Assembly: GCA_025361935.1 (NCBI GenBank)
Contig: JANYJB010000006.1
Span: 3,344-67,343 of the forward strand
Length of the DNA stretch: 64,000 bases
Direction: 5' to 3'
DNA from: Verrucomicrobiota bacterium
GTDB lineage: Bacteria > Verrucomicrobiota > Verrucomicrobiia > Opitutales > Opitutaceae
The notes beneath the pieces are model-generated. The model was given only the letters and a program-made list of their open reading frames with translations. It made no database searches and was not told the DNA's origin. A program made the translations under genes and the position numbers. Each line of letters starts with the position of its first letter. Positions within the stretch are counted from its first letter, which is position 1. This document shows, one piece after another, positions 9,948 through 19,969 of the stretch.

Positions 9948-10447
9948 GAAAATTCTCCGGTATTTTTCTTTTAATCATCGGTATCAGCGCGACAGTCGCG
10001 TGCGGTGAACCCTTGTCCGATATTCCTTCTCCCTTAAAACGTGTAGATACGGTTAATTTCGCAAAGGGCATTGTTTCTACCCGCTCCGAATTAGCTCAGC
10101 CTGAAAACGCGGGTTCCTATAAAAGCCCGTTTAATCCCGCCGAGGCGCCATCCTCTTCGGCGGCGCCCGGCGAGGGAAGGGTATCGATACCAGACGAGTT
10201 CGCGCAACTGGCCCAAATCGCTCCCAACGTCACCCCCAGTGGATCGGTAAAAATCGGAGGAGAATTTTTTCTACTGTTTGGTCAAAAAAGATTTAAAGTA
10301 GCCGATCACCTTCCAATTGTCTTTGAAGGAAAGCCTTATGAGTTAGAGATTGTTGAAATCCAAAACACCAGTTTCACCCTCCGTTTAAATGGAGTGGAAA
10401 TCACCCGCCCTATAAAATCTGTTATCAAGCCCGTCACAAAGCCATGA
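9944..10447 (+). CDS. Exported protein in PilP position
   Basis: ATG 9944 overlaps the previous stop (ATGA); signal peptide with a VAC lipobox-like end, SPF motif, small beta-rich C-domain. Confidence 0.55.
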   Translation: MRKFSGIFLLIIGISATVACGEPLSDIPSPLKRVDTVNFAKGIVSTRSELAQPENAGSYKSPFNPAEAPSSSAAPGEGRVSIPDEFAQLAQIAPNVTPSGSVKIGGEFFLLFGQKRFKVADHLPIVFEGKPYELEIVEIQNTSFTLRLNGVEITRPIKSVIKPVTKP

Positions 10448-11916
10448 GAACGCGCACATTACTATTGGCCATGCTGGCCGCCACCACAGCCCCATTGTGG
10501 GCTCAGCAGGCTTCGTCCACCACTCCCTCCACTTCGACGGCAGTTTCTCCTGCGCAAAAAACCGCGCCGGTTCCTGATGCTGTGACGGTGGTTGCGCCCT
10601 CTCCGGCGGCCTCGGTTACCAAGGACAAGGATACCTTGTCGGTTGACTTCCCGGATGAGGAAGTGCGAACCATCCTGCGCAATGTCGCCGATCTTTTTGA
10701 GCTTAACCTTGTAATTCCAGACACGTTGCAGGGGAGAACATCGCTGAAGTTGCGTGATGTCACTTGGAGGCAGATTTTCAAAGTGGTGCTTTCACCCATC
10801 GGTTACACTTTTGCCGAAGATGGGAATATCATCAAGGTAGTCAGCCAAGACAGTCTGGCTCTTGAGCCTGTAGTAACCGAAGTTTTTATCATTAACTACG
10901 CCAAGGCGTCCGAGATTCAGGCTTCAATCTTGCCCTTGATTGATGCTACGGCGGGAGGTAAGCTGGTCATTGATAATCGCAGCAATGCCTTGATTATTTC
11001 GGAGCGCCCTTCGCGCATGAGTCGAATTAGTCCGATAATCGAAAAACTGGATAAAGCGACCGAACAAGTTAAGATCGAATCAAAGTTCGTCGAACTCAAC
11101 AGCGTTGACAGCAAGACCATCGGATTGGACTGGAGAATGACAGGAGGTGTCGATGGTAAAGGTATGGCAACAGCCGGTCTTGATGCTTCGAATGTAAATG
11201 TTAATCACGCGGTTCCTAGTTGGAACTATGCGACCTCGGTCCTTAATACTTTGGAGCTAAAATCAACACTCGATTGGATTCAAAATAACGGTAACGGTAA
11301 GTTGGTCAATAATCCGACCATCGTGACTCTCAATAATACTGAAGCCTTTATTAACGTTGGCCAGGAATACCCCATTCCAAGTTACACATATAACAGCCAA
11401 ACGGGATCTTTTGCCATTAGTGGATTTGAGTATAAGCCGATTGGAACCATCTTGAAAGTTACGCCTCAGATCAACAGCCAAGGCTTTATCAAACTGACAC
11501 TTGAGCCGGAAATCAGCTCGACTACCACAAGCGTGAATTTTGACAGTGCGTCTATTCCCATTATCGACACGCGCAAAACAAAGTCGCAGGTGTCTCTCAA
11601 GGATGGAAACACTCTGGCGATTGGCGGCTTGATCAACGAGACTGCGTCCAAGAGCAAGAACAGCCTTCCGGTCCTTGGCTCGATTCCTTTCCTGGGAAAA
11701 ATATTTCAGCATGATGATACCCTTCGCAAGCGCACTAATCTTCTTATTTTTATCACAGCCAAAATTATCAGTGCGGAAGACGCACAGGTCACGGATGTGT
11801 TGGATCCGCGTGCAATACGTGAGATTAAAATGAAGAAATCCGACCTTCCTGGTTATCGGGACAACACTGAGGCGTTTATGCCCGAGGATACCGTCATGCC
11901 TGCAAAGAAAAAGTAA
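10444..11916 (+). CDS. Secretin (PilQ/GspD family) with STN domain
   Basis: LSVDF...IDNRSNALII...QVKIESKFVE...PTIVTLNNTEAFINVG...LKVTPQI...IGGL...PVLGSIPFLGKIF...LLIFITAKI. Confidence 0.92.
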   Translation: MRTRTLLLAMLAATTAPLWAQQASSTTPSTSTAVSPAQKTAPVPDAVTVVAPSPAASVTKDKDTLSVDFPDEEVRTILRNVADLFELNLVIPDTLQGRTSLKLRDVTWRQIFKVVLSPIGYTFAEDGNIIKVVSQDSLALEPVVTEVFIINYAKASEIQASILPLIDATAGGKLVIDNRSNALIISERPSRMSRISPIIEKLDKATEQVKIESKFVELNSVDSKTIGLDWRMTGGVDGKGMATAGLDASNVNVNHAVPSWNYATSVLNTLELKSTLDWIQNNGNGKLVNNPTIVTLNNTEAFINVGQEYPIPSYTYNSQTGSFAISGFEYKPIGTILKVTPQINSQGFIKLTLEPEISSTTTSVNFDSASIPIIDTRKTKSQVSLKDGNTLAIGGLINETASKSKNSLPVLGSIPFLGKIFQHDDTLRKRTNLLIFITAKIISAEDAQVTDVLDPRAIREIKMKKSDLPGYRDNTEAFMPEDTVMPAKKK

Positions 11917-11941
11917 TGTCGTTGTAGGCTGGTCATCCATG

Positions 11942-11970
11942 GCCGCCCGTTGATAAACGGGCGGCTTTTT
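11942..11970 (+). terminator. Intrinsic terminator after the secretin operon
   Basis: GCCGCCCGTT-gata-AACGGGCGGC-TTTTT. Confidence 0.85.
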
Positions 11971-11971
11971 A

Positions 11972-12601
11972 TTAGAAAATTCCGGATACGAATCCTTGGG
12001 CCGCCTTGATCATGAAGACGCCCAGATTTTTTGTGACGTGGGCGGTGAAACAGGGAATCAAGGACCGCTGTGGATTAAAACGCGCGAAACGCACCGTGTA
12101 AAACCACAGCGAGCTCAGGAATACCATCACCGTGCTGAACCAGCCCTTGGTGGTCAGAGTCAGTTCCAGGCGTCCATCGGTCCAAAGCCAGCCGCCTTGC
12201 CATTCCCATAAAAAGGGATGCAGTGCCGCGAAGAGCACCGATGCGGCCAGAATACAAATCCAGCGCAGCACCGTGCCCCTTCCCTCGACCACGATGAACC
12301 CGCGGAAGATCAGTTCCTCGATAAATGCGGCGACCAGCGTGTAGAGGCCGAACAGCACGGTGATGGAGGACTGTTGTTCGCTGAGGCCGAGTTTAATTTC
12401 CCCGATGGTCTCGAAGGCGAGAATCGCCAGCGCCCCGATACCTGCTATCACGCAGGCCGCAAGCGAGGTGGGGGTCGCCCCCGGCAGGGCGCGTGGTTCG
12501 GGGCGCCCGGCCTGGGCTGAGCGATAGTCTGCCCGCCACAGATAAACCATGTAGAGGCTGGCGGCGATCATGAGGACGAGAAACAGGGGATCGTGCGTCA
12601 T
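11972..12601 (-). CDS. CPBP/Abi (CAAX protease-like) intramembrane metalloprotease
   Basis: EELIFRG, FAALH and HVTKN motifs with multiple TM segments. Confidence 0.85.
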   Translation of the reverse strand: MTHDPLFLVLMIAASLYMVYLWRADYRSAQAGRPEPRALPGATPTSLAACVIAGIGALAILAFETIGEIKLGLSEQQSSITVLFGLYTLVAAFIEELIFRGFIVVEGRGTVLRWICILAASVLFAALHPFLWEWQGGWLWTDGRLELTLTTKGWFSTVMVFLSSLWFYTVRFARFNPQRSLIPCFTAHVTKNLGVFMIKAAQGFVSGIF

Positions 12602-12665
12602 TTGGCGGGAAAGGATGACTATTGATTAGCCATTTGCGCGTCCATGCCTAGCGTGAAAGCAGTTT

Positions 12666-13703
12666 ATGTCTGTCACGCCCACCCAACCTTCCGATCGCTC
12701 GTCGGCTCAGGATTTCACCGCAGTTTTTGCGCGTCTCAAACCGCACATGGGCGCTTTGGATATTTTCCTCCGCAAGCAGCTTGCCTCTTTCGAGCCGGAA
12801 ATCCGCGACATGGCGGACTACTGCATCGACACCTCGGGCAAACGAATTCGCCCGGCTCTGGTTTTTCTCAGTGGCTGGCAGGGTGACGTTGACCCGCTGC
12901 CGGATCTTGTGCGTGTCGCCGCCGTGGTGGAACTCGTCCATTTGGCGACGCTCGTTCATGATGACATTATGGATGAGGCTGACATCCGGCGCAGCCGGCA
13001 AACGGCTTCGCGCCAGTATGGTCCTGAGGCGGCGGTGCTTTTGGGCGACGCGCTGTTTGCCCATGCGCTGCATCTCGCGGCCCAGTTTCCCACAACAGAA
13101 GTGTGTCTTGCCGTTTCCGACTCCACGAGAAAAGTCTGCGCAGGCGAGATCGTTCAGACGCTGCGGCGTGGGACCACCAACATCACCCGGGAGGATTATT
13201 TTCGGGTGATAGATCTTAAGACGGCGGAGCTGTTCCGCATCTCCTGCTTCCTGGGTAGTCGGCTGGGTGGTTTTTCACCGGCGTTTGTCGAGGATGCGAG
13301 CCGGTTTGGCCGGCATCTGGGCATCGCTTATCAAATCTACGACGATCTGGCGGATTTTTTTGGTAAGGAAAAAGCCATCGGCAAGACGCTCGGCACCGAT
13401 CTCATCAGCGGCAAGGTTACGCTGCCGCTGCTCGCCCTCATGGATCGCCTGCCTGCCGAAGAACGAGCTGGCTTGGTTGAGGAAATCCTGGGCCGTCGTG
13501 CGCCCGATATGTCGAAGCGTCTGGGGCAAATGCACGAGACGGGCGTCTTTGCGGCCGTTGCCGAGGAAGTGCAAGCTGAGTTGGCGCAAGCCGAGTCCGC
13601 GCTTGCCGCCCACGCCGGACTTGCGCCCGTGCCGTTGCTCATGCGCTTGTGCGATACCCTGCGTTATCAAGTGGCGGCCTTGCGGACGGCTCCAGGTGTC
13701 TGA
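12666..13703 (+). CDS. Long-chain polyprenyl diphosphate synthase (IspB/HepT family)
   Basis: GKRIRP, LVHDDIMD..RR, AVLLGD, KTAELF, YQIYDDLAD motifs. Confidence 0.93.
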   Translation: MSVTPTQPSDRSSAQDFTAVFARLKPHMGALDIFLRKQLASFEPEIRDMADYCIDTSGKRIRPALVFLSGWQGDVDPLPDLVRVAAVVELVHLATLVHDDIMDEADIRRSRQTASRQYGPEAAVLLGDALFAHALHLAAQFPTTEVCLAVSDSTRKVCAGEIVQTLRRGTTNITREDYFRVIDLKTAELFRISCFLGSRLGGFSPAFVEDASRFGRHLGIAYQIYDDLADFFGKEKAIGKTLGTDLISGKVTLPLLALMDRLPAEERAGLVEEILGRRAPDMSKRLGQMHETGVFAAVAEEVQAELAQAESALAAHAGLAPVPLLMRLCDTLRYQVAALRTAPGV

Positions 13704-13754
13704 CGGTGACTTTCGATTTGCGCGATTGCAGCCGTGTGCTAGCTTTGCTTCCCG

Positions 13755-14390
13755 ATGAACGCTGTCTCCAAAACGCTGACCAAGGCTCTCGTGGCCTCGC
13801 CCGAGCGTCAGCAGGAGGCGGATTCGGATTGGATGGTCGTCCAGCGAGTGCAGGCCGGGGACGTGGCCTCGTTTGACGAACTTATCCTCAAATATCGCGA
13901 ACGCGTTTACGCGATGATCTACAACATGACATCCAACCGCGAGGACGCGGCCGATTTGACTCAGGATTCGTTCATCAAGGCGTTCCAATCTATCAACCGC
14001 TTTCAAGGCCAGTCGTCATTCTTCACTTGGCTGTATCGTATCGCGGTTAACTCCTCGCTCACCCATATCAGGAAGAATAAGTTACGGACGTTCTTCAGCT
14101 TCGATAAAGTGCAAGAAGACGCTGCTGTTTCGCAGGCTATAAATCGCCTGACGGATAAAAAAAACGTGGAGCGCGATGTTTTTATTAACGAGCTTCAGGA
14201 GAAATTGAACGAAGCGCTGCAAAAATTGTCTATCCCCCATAGAACCGTGGTAACTTTGTTCGAAATAGACGGCCTCAGTCATGAGGAAATCGCCGAGGTG
14301 ATGAACTGCTCGGTGGGCACCGTCCGTTCGCGTCTCCATTACGCCAAGCAACTGTTGCAAGTCGAACTCCAGTCCTACGTCCGAACATGA
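13755..14390 (+). CDS. ECF sigma-70 factor (RpoE-like)
   Basis: DAADLTQDSFIKAF, FFTWLYRIAVN, GLSHEEIAEVMNCSVGTVRSRLHYA. Confidence 0.93.
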   Translation: MNAVSKTLTKALVASPERQQEADSDWMVVQRVQAGDVASFDELILKYRERVYAMIYNMTSNREDAADLTQDSFIKAFQSINRFQGQSSFFTWLYRIAVNSSLTHIRKNKLRTFFSFDKVQEDAAVSQAINRLTDKKNVERDVFINELQEKLNEALQKLSIPHRTVVTLFEIDGLSHEEIAEVMNCSVGTVRSRLHYAKQLLQVELQSYVRT

Positions 14391-15241
14391 TGATCCCTGA
14401 CCGCTCTCCCGAAAAGGTAACGATTGAGGATTTGCTCCGCATCAAGCGAGCCGAACGTCCGCCCGCCGAATTCTGGACGCGTTTCGAGCAGGATCTCCGC
14501 GCCAAGCAGCTTGCGGCCATCGTCGAAAAACGGCCTTGGTGGTGTTATCTGCGCATCCCCCAGGTGACTCGCGTCGTTTCGCGTTATCAAGTTCCTGTGG
14601 GTGCCGCAGCGATTCTCGCCCTGAGTTTTATCGTCGCTGGCCAGTATCGGTCGGTGGTGACACCTTCCGAACGTCTCGCGCCGGAACTGGCGGCTCCCAT
14701 CGCGCAAGTGATGGCGCCCCTTCCAGTTTCGCCTAAAGTAGATTCCGTCGTCGCTACCGTGTCGGCCTCGTCGTTGCCAGATGTGATGGCGGTGCCAACC
14801 GACGCCCGAGTCGCATCCGTCCCATCAAGCGTCGAGGCGAATCCTACTGCGCTGCCCCCTCGCCTCGCTGGGTTAACTCAGATGATTCCCTGGGGAGTGT
14901 CCTCATCCGAGGATGAGGCTCCGGCCGATCGTCTGCTCACGACCGGTCTTCAAACCGATGCTCCTCCCGCCATGTCGGTCGCCACTCTGTTGGGCAACGT
15001 TCGCTCCGACGAAAATAGCATCGAAGCCAAACCGTCCGTCTCTCAGGCGACGTCGCCCCGTGAACTTCGCAGAGCTAAAATTCTCACCGGAATGGTGCTG
15101 GTCGCCAATGCGGAGGCATCCGACTACTCCCGCGCAATCCAAGGGCGTGATATCGCCGCCAATGATCTCAGCGAAGCCCGGCTCTACGATTCCGTCCAAC
15201 GCATGGGCGTTGGTGGAGACCGCTTCACGCTTAAATTTTGA
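14387..15241 (+). CDS. Putative anti-sigma factor (single-TM hypothetical)
   Basis: Overlaps the sigma stop; N-terminal cytoplasmic domain, one hydrophobic helix, low-complexity periplasmic tail. Function inferred from position. Confidence 0.55.
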   Translation: MMIPDRSPEKVTIEDLLRIKRAERPPAEFWTRFEQDLRAKQLAAIVEKRPWWCYLRIPQVTRVVSRYQVPVGAAAILALSFIVAGQYRSVVTPSERLAPELAAPIAQVMAPLPVSPKVDSVVATVSASSLPDVMAVPTDARVASVPSSVEANPTALPPRLAGLTQMIPWGVSSSEDEAPADRLLTTGLQTDAPPAMSVATLLGNVRSDENSIEAKPSVSQATSPRELRRAKILTGMVLVANAEASDYSRAIQGRDIAANDLSEARLYDSVQRMGVGGDRFTLKF

Positions 15242-15270
15242 GCGAAAATTCCCCCTCCCTGTTTTAGTTT

Positions 15271-15301
15271 AAACCGCACGATATCCTCGTGCGGTTTTTT
15301 T
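15271..15301 (+). terminator. Intrinsic terminator
   Basis: AAACCGCACGA-tatcc-TCGTGCGGTTTTTTT. Confidence 0.85.
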
Positions 15302-15398
15302 AGCTGCAAAAAGGAATATGGATTTACCGCGAGAATGGCGAAGATTCGAAGGAAACCTGTTTGCGGCGGATCGTGCGCTGGCGGGCAGTGGGTAATTG

Positions 15399-15815
15399 AT
15401 GATCCACCAAGCAGTCCTTTCCATCGAATCACGCGGGCCAGGCACGCACGAGATCACCGAGGCGATCGCGCGTGAGGTGAAGCGCAGCGGACTGAAGACC
15501 GGCGTGGTCACGGTGTTTTGCCAGCATACAAGTTGTTCGCTGGTTATCATGGAAAACGCCGATCCGACCGCGCGGCGTGATCTGGAAGCGTGGCTTGACC
15601 GACTCGTGCCGGAGAACGATCCGCAGTTTGAGCATATGCTGGAAGGTCCGGACGACATGCCGAGCCACATCAAGATGGCGCTCACGCGCACGAGCGAGAG
15701 CGTGCCGTTTTCTGAGGGCCGCATGCTTCTGGGCACATGGCAGGGGATATTCCTGTTGGAGCACCGTCGCTACTCGCATACGCGCTGCGTGGTGGTGACG
15801 GTGATGGGTGAGTGA
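15399..15815 (+). CDS. yjbQ: YjbQ/UPF0047 family protein
   Basis: HTSCSL..ENADP, HxxEGPDDMPSHIK, LGTWQGI.L.EHR. Confidence 0.92.
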   Translation: MIHQAVLSIESRGPGTHEITEAIAREVKRSGLKTGVVTVFCQHTSCSLVIMENADPTARRDLEAWLDRLVPENDPQFEHMLEGPDDMPSHIKMALTRTSESVPFSEGRMLLGTWQGIFLLEHRRYSHTRCVVVTVMGE

Positions 15816-15836
15816 GCGTTTTTGGGGTTGTCGCTG

Positions 15837-16127
15837 TCAGGGTCTGACGGCGGGGCTGATCCTAAGCGGCAGGCCCAAGGCGTAGCGGGAGCGTCGTTCT
15901 TCGAGTTCCTTCAGGATAGAGGTGTTGGTTCCTTTTGGAGTGGCGGCAATCATGGCATCCATCGTGGATACGGCTTTATTGAAATCTCCCGTTTCGGCCA
16001 ACGCGGCGGCCAAAGCATCAACTTCCTGATAAGACATTAGCTGTCCGTCAGTGCTCAGCTTGCTCATCATGGCCAGCAGCAGACTAAGGACGAAGACAGC
16101 GCGATTAAGAACTGGACGGCTCAACAT
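15837..16127 (-). CDS. Small hypothetical protein resembling the C-terminal cap of a TPR protein; possibly a remnant
   Basis: DALAAALAETGDFNKAV is a TPR-like helix pair; only one repeat; AT-richer DNA. Confidence 0.4.
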   Translation of the reverse strand: MLSRPVLNRAVFVLSLLLAMMSKLSTDGQLMSYQEVDALAAALAETGDFNKAVSTMDAMIAATPKGTNTSILKELEERRSRYALGLPLRISPAVRP

Positions 16128-16226
16128 GCGGGGCGTGGTAAGAACATCTAGCGTGCGTTTTGCGGGCCTCGCTGCGAGGGTAAACCATGCTTGCGCGGCA
16201 TGCCTCGCCTCGGTTTGGCGGATTTT

Positions 16227-17888
16227 TTATTTGCGAGCGGCGGCGGTGATGCCTCCGGGGAGGCAGGCGCCGCAGCCTTGGGCGAAGAAGTCGTTGCCCT
16301 TGTCGTCCACTAAGATGAACGCGGGGAAATCAACCACGTCGATCTTCCACACGGCTTCCATGCCGAGTTCGGGATATTCAAGGACTTCGACTTTCTTGAT
16401 GTTTTCCTTCGCAAGAATCGCGGCGGGTCCACCGATGCTGCCGAGGTAGAAGCCGCCGTATTTTTTGCAGGCGTCGGTCACGGGCTTCGAGCGGTTGCCT
16501 TTGGCGAGCATCACCATCGAGCCGCCAAGCGACTGGAAGAGATCGACGTAGCTGTCCATGCGGCCAGCGGTCGTGGGGCCGAAGCTGCCGGAGGCGTAGC
16601 CTTTTGGCGTCTTGGCGGGGCCGGCGTAGTAAACGGGATGGTTTTTGAAGTAGTCGGGCAGGCCTTGGCCGGAGTCCACGCGCTCCTTGAGCTTGGCGTG
16701 GGCGGTGTCGCGCGCGACGACGAGCGGGCCGGTGAGGAGCACGCGGGTGGTCACGGGGTATTTCGACAGCTCGGAGAGGATGGCGGGCATCGGCTGGTTG
16801 AGGTCGATGCGGACAACCTTGTCGTCCTTGATCGTGCGCTGGCTCGCGGGGATGAAGCGGCCGGGATTGGTTTCCATCTTTTCCAGCCAGATGCCGTCCT
16901 TGTTGATCTTGGCCTTGATGTTGCGATCGGCGGAGCAGGAGACGCCGAGACCGACGGGGCAGCTCGCGCCGTGGCGGGGCATGCGGATGACGCGGACATC
17001 GAGGGCGAAATATTTGCCGCCGAACTGGGCGCCGATGCCGGTGTTCTGGGCGATTTTGAGGACGAGTTTTTCGGTCTCGAGGCAGCGAAAGGCGCGGCCC
17101 TCGTTGTTGCCCGTGACGGGGAGGTGATCGAGGTATTTGGCGGAGGCAAGTTTGACCGTCTTCATGCAGGCCTCGGCGCTGGTGCCTCCGATGACGAGCA
17201 CGAGGTGGTAAGGCGGGCAGGCGGAGGTGCCGAGGTAGGAGAGCTTGTCGGTGATGAACTTTTCGAGGCCCTTGGGGTTGAGGAGCGCCTTGGTTTCCTG
17301 GAAGAGAAACGTCTTGTTGGCGGAGCCGCCGCCCTTGGCGACGAAGAGGAATTTATACTCGGAGCCTTCGGTGGCGTAGAGGTCGATCTGCGCGGGCAGG
17401 TTTGTGCCGGTGTTGACCTCGTTGAACATGTCGAGCGGGGCGGTCTGCGAGTAGCGGAGGTTTTCCTTCGTGTAGCACTCGTAGATGCCCTTCGAGATAA
17501 ACTCGGCGTCGTTGGCGCCGGTCCAGACTTGCTGGCCTTTTTTGGCAACGACGGTGGCAGTGCCGGTGTCCTGGCAGAAGGGGAGGATGCCCTCTGCGGC
17601 GATCTCGGCGTTTTTCAACAACGTGGTGGCAACGTAGCGGTCGTTGGAGGAGGCTTCGGGGTCGTCGAGGATGGCGGCGACCTGCGCGAGGTGTTTTGAA
17701 CGTAGCAGGAATGACGTGTCGCGCATGGCCTGCTGAGCGACGAAGGCGAGGACCTCGGGATCAACCTTTAGGATTTCGCGGCCTTCGAAAATGGCGGTCG
17801 AGATGCCTTCTTTCGAAAGCAGACGATATTCGGTGTCATCGGGACCGAGCGGAAAGATGTCCTGATAAGAAAACGGGGGCGTGGCCAT
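16227..17888 (-). CDS. Class I Fe-S fumarate hydratase
   Basis: [53 protein letters not shown]. Confidence 0.96.
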   Translation of the reverse strand: MATPPFSYQDIFPLGPDDTEYRLLSKEGISTAIFEGREILKVDPEVLAFVAQQAMRDTSFLLRSKHLAQVAAILDDPEASSNDRYVATTLLKNAEIAAEGILPFCQDTGTATVVAKKGQQVWTGANDAEFISKGIYECYTKENLRYSQTAPLDMFNEVNTGTNLPAQIDLYATEGSEYKFLFVAKGGGSANKTFLFQETKALLNPKGLEKFITDKLSYLGTSACPPYHLVLVIGGTSAEACMKTVKLASAKYLDHLPVTGNNEGRAFRCLETEKLVLKIAQNTGIGAQFGGKYFALDVRVIRMPRHGASCPVGLGVSCSADRNIKAKINKDGIWLEKMETNPGRFIPASQRTIKDDKVVRIDLNQPMPAILSELSKYPVTTRVLLTGPLVVARDTAHAKLKERVDSGQGLPDYFKNHPVYYAGPAKTPKGYASGSFGPTTAGRMDSYVDLFQSLGGSMVMLAKGNRSKPVTDACKKYGGFYLGSIGGPAAILAKENIKKVEVLEYPELGMEAVWKIDVVDFPAFILVDDKGNDFFAQGCGACLPGGITAAARK

Positions 17889-18008
17889 GCATTGAATATA
17901 GCCACAATTCCCGACAACCGGAGAACGAAAAACGGTTTTGTGGCAAAAATTAGCAGAAATTGGCGGCCCGTAAGTTAAGCAGGCGTGGCAGGACCGACTC
18001 TTTCGATT

Positions 18009-18998
18009 TCAGACGATCTTCAGCTTGGGCAAATCCTGGCCGTCCACGAGACCGACGGGTTTGCCCTTGGCGTCCACTACGATGAGGTCGTCGATTTTGT
18101 GCGCCTCGAAAAGGTTCAGAGCGTCCACACCCAGAGCTTCCTCGGAAACAACTTTCGGTGAGCGGGTCATATGGGCGGCCACGGGTTTTTCTAGAAAGCC
18201 CGCGCCGGTGAGCGCACTGCGGCGGAAGTCGCCGTCGGTGAAGATGCCGGTGAGTTTGCCTGATTTCGGGTGGACGATGGCAATGCTGCCGCTGCGGGCC
18301 TTGGTCATAGCGAGAATGGCGGCCTGGGTGGTGGCGGTCTCGGGGGCGATGGGCAGGCGATTGCCGCTGCGCATGATGTCTTTGACCTTGAGCAGGAGGA
18401 CGCGGCCGAGGTTGCCGCCGGGGTGGTATTTGGCGAAGTCGTTGCGCGTGAGTCCGCGGGCGGCGAGGAGAACCATCGCCAAAGCGTCCCCGAGGGCGAG
18501 GGCGGCGGTGGTGCTGGCGGTCGGGGCGAGCTTGAGAGGGCAGGCTTCGCGGGGGACGCGGTAGATGAGCTTGAGGTCGGCGTTTTTGGCGAGATCGGAT
18601 ACGGCGTTGCTCGTGAAGGCCACGATGCCGACGCCGAAGCGCTTCAGCACGGGGATGAGGCGGAGAACTTCCTCCGTCTGGCCGCTGTTGCTGAGGAGAA
18701 ACGCGAGGTCTCCCTTGCCCACGAGGCCGAAATCGCCGTGCAGCGCCTGGGTGGCGTCGAGGAAACACGCCGAGAGGCCGATGCTGTTGAAGGTGCCGAC
18801 GAGTTTTTCCGCGATGTGGGCGGACTTGCCGACGCCGCTGAAGATAATCTTGCCGCCCGCGTCGGCGGCCGTCTCGACGCTCTTGGCGACCGCGACGAAG
18901 CCTTGGTCGAGCCCTCGGGAGGTGGCGGCGAGCGCTTCCTGTTCGATTTTGATGCAGGCACGGGCGCGGCTGAGGGCGGTTTTTGGGTCGATTGCCAT
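18009..18998 (-). CDS. kdsD: Arabinose-5-phosphate isomerase (KpsF/GutQ; SIS + 2 CBS)
   Basis: GVGKSAHIA, ALHGDFG, SNSGQT, APTASTT, HPGGNLG, CBS pair. Confidence 0.92.
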   Translation of the reverse strand: MAIDPKTALSRARACIKIEQEALAATSRGLDQGFVAVAKSVETAADAGGKIIFSGVGKSAHIAEKLVGTFNSIGLSACFLDATQALHGDFGLVGKGDLAFLLSNSGQTEEVLRLIPVLKRFGVGIVAFTSNAVSDLAKNADLKLIYRVPREACPLKLAPTASTTAALALGDALAMVLLAARGLTRNDFAKYHPGGNLGRVLLLKVKDIMRSGNRLPIAPETATTQAAILAMTKARSGSIAIVHPKSGKLTGIFTDGDFRRSALTGAGFLEKPVAAHMTRSPKVVSEEALGVDALNLFEAHKIDDLIVVDAKGKPVGLVDGQDLPKLKIV

Positions 18999-19074
18999 TT
19001 AGGGTTTGAGTCGAAAGTCGGACTGCGAGACTTAGGAGCAACTTTTATTCGTTCAATCCCATTTCCCGACCTCG

Positions 19075-19950
19075 ATGAGGCTCCGTTTTCCCATTCTTCT
19101 TGTTTTTGCGTTCGCCGCGCTGTTGCTGGTCGCGGGTTGCGAGCGGTCCATGGATTCGCCGTTCACCGCCGAGATTGACGAGTCGGACTACCGTCGCGGC
19201 AAGGAACTCCTCCGCCAAGGTCGCAACCAGGAGGCGCTCGCGGCCTTCCAGAAAGTTATTCAACAACGCGGAGACGACGCCCCTGAATCGCACCTCGAGC
19301 TCGGCATCCTTTATCAGCAGCACATCAAGGATCCGATCGCCGCGATTTACCATTATCGGAAGTTCCGCGAGCTGAAGCCCAACTCCACGCAGGCCGATCT
19401 TGTGCGCCAGCGCATCGACGCCGCCACGCGGGAGTTTGCCCGCACGCTGCCGGCCCAGCCGCTGGACAACCAGATGGAGCGTCTCGACCTGCTCGAAAAA
19501 ATGGACCAGCTCCAGCGCGAGAACGCCCAGCTCAAGGACCAGCTCATCGCCGCCCGCACGCAGTCGATCAATTCCCTGCGGCCCGCCGTTTCGTCGGTGG
19601 CGCCCGAGCCGGTTGCTCCGCTGGCGGTGGACCCCGAAGAGTCGCCCATCGCCCGCGCTCCCGATCCGGAGCCCCAGGCCGCTCCGCCGCCCCAGCCTGC
19701 GATTCCGACGATTTCTCTCAACCGCCCGAACAGCCAGGTTTCGACCCCCGCGCCGCGTCCCGCCGTCGTCACAACCTCCACAGTCGGCGGGCGCAAGCAC
19801 ACCGTCGCGAAGGGCGACACGCTCTTCAGCCTCGCCCAGAAGTATTACAGCAACAAGTCGCGCTGGCGTGACATCTACGCCGCGAACCGCGACGTGATGA
19901 AAAGCCAGAACGACCTGAAGATCGGCATGGAGCTGAAAATCCCTCAGTAA
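19075..19950 (+). CDS. Lipoprotein with TPR-like helices, coiled coil and C-terminal LysM domain
   Basis: LVAGC lipobox; HTVAKGDTLFSLAQKYY...IYAAN...LKIGMELKIP LysM. Confidence 0.88.
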   Translation: MRLRFPILLVFAFAALLLVAGCERSMDSPFTAEIDESDYRRGKELLRQGRNQEALAAFQKVIQQRGDDAPESHLELGILYQQHIKDPIAAIYHYRKFRELKPNSTQADLVRQRIDAATREFARTLPAQPLDNQMERLDLLEKMDQLQRENAQLKDQLIAARTQSINSLRPAVSSVAPEPVAPLAVDPEESPIARAPDPEPQAAPPPQPAIPTISLNRPNSQVSTPAPRPAVVTTSTVGGRKHTVAKGDTLFSLAQKYYSNKSRWRDIYAANRDVMKSQNDLKIGMELKIPQ

Positions 19951-19969
19951 ACCACGCCGCCCCGCCGCC

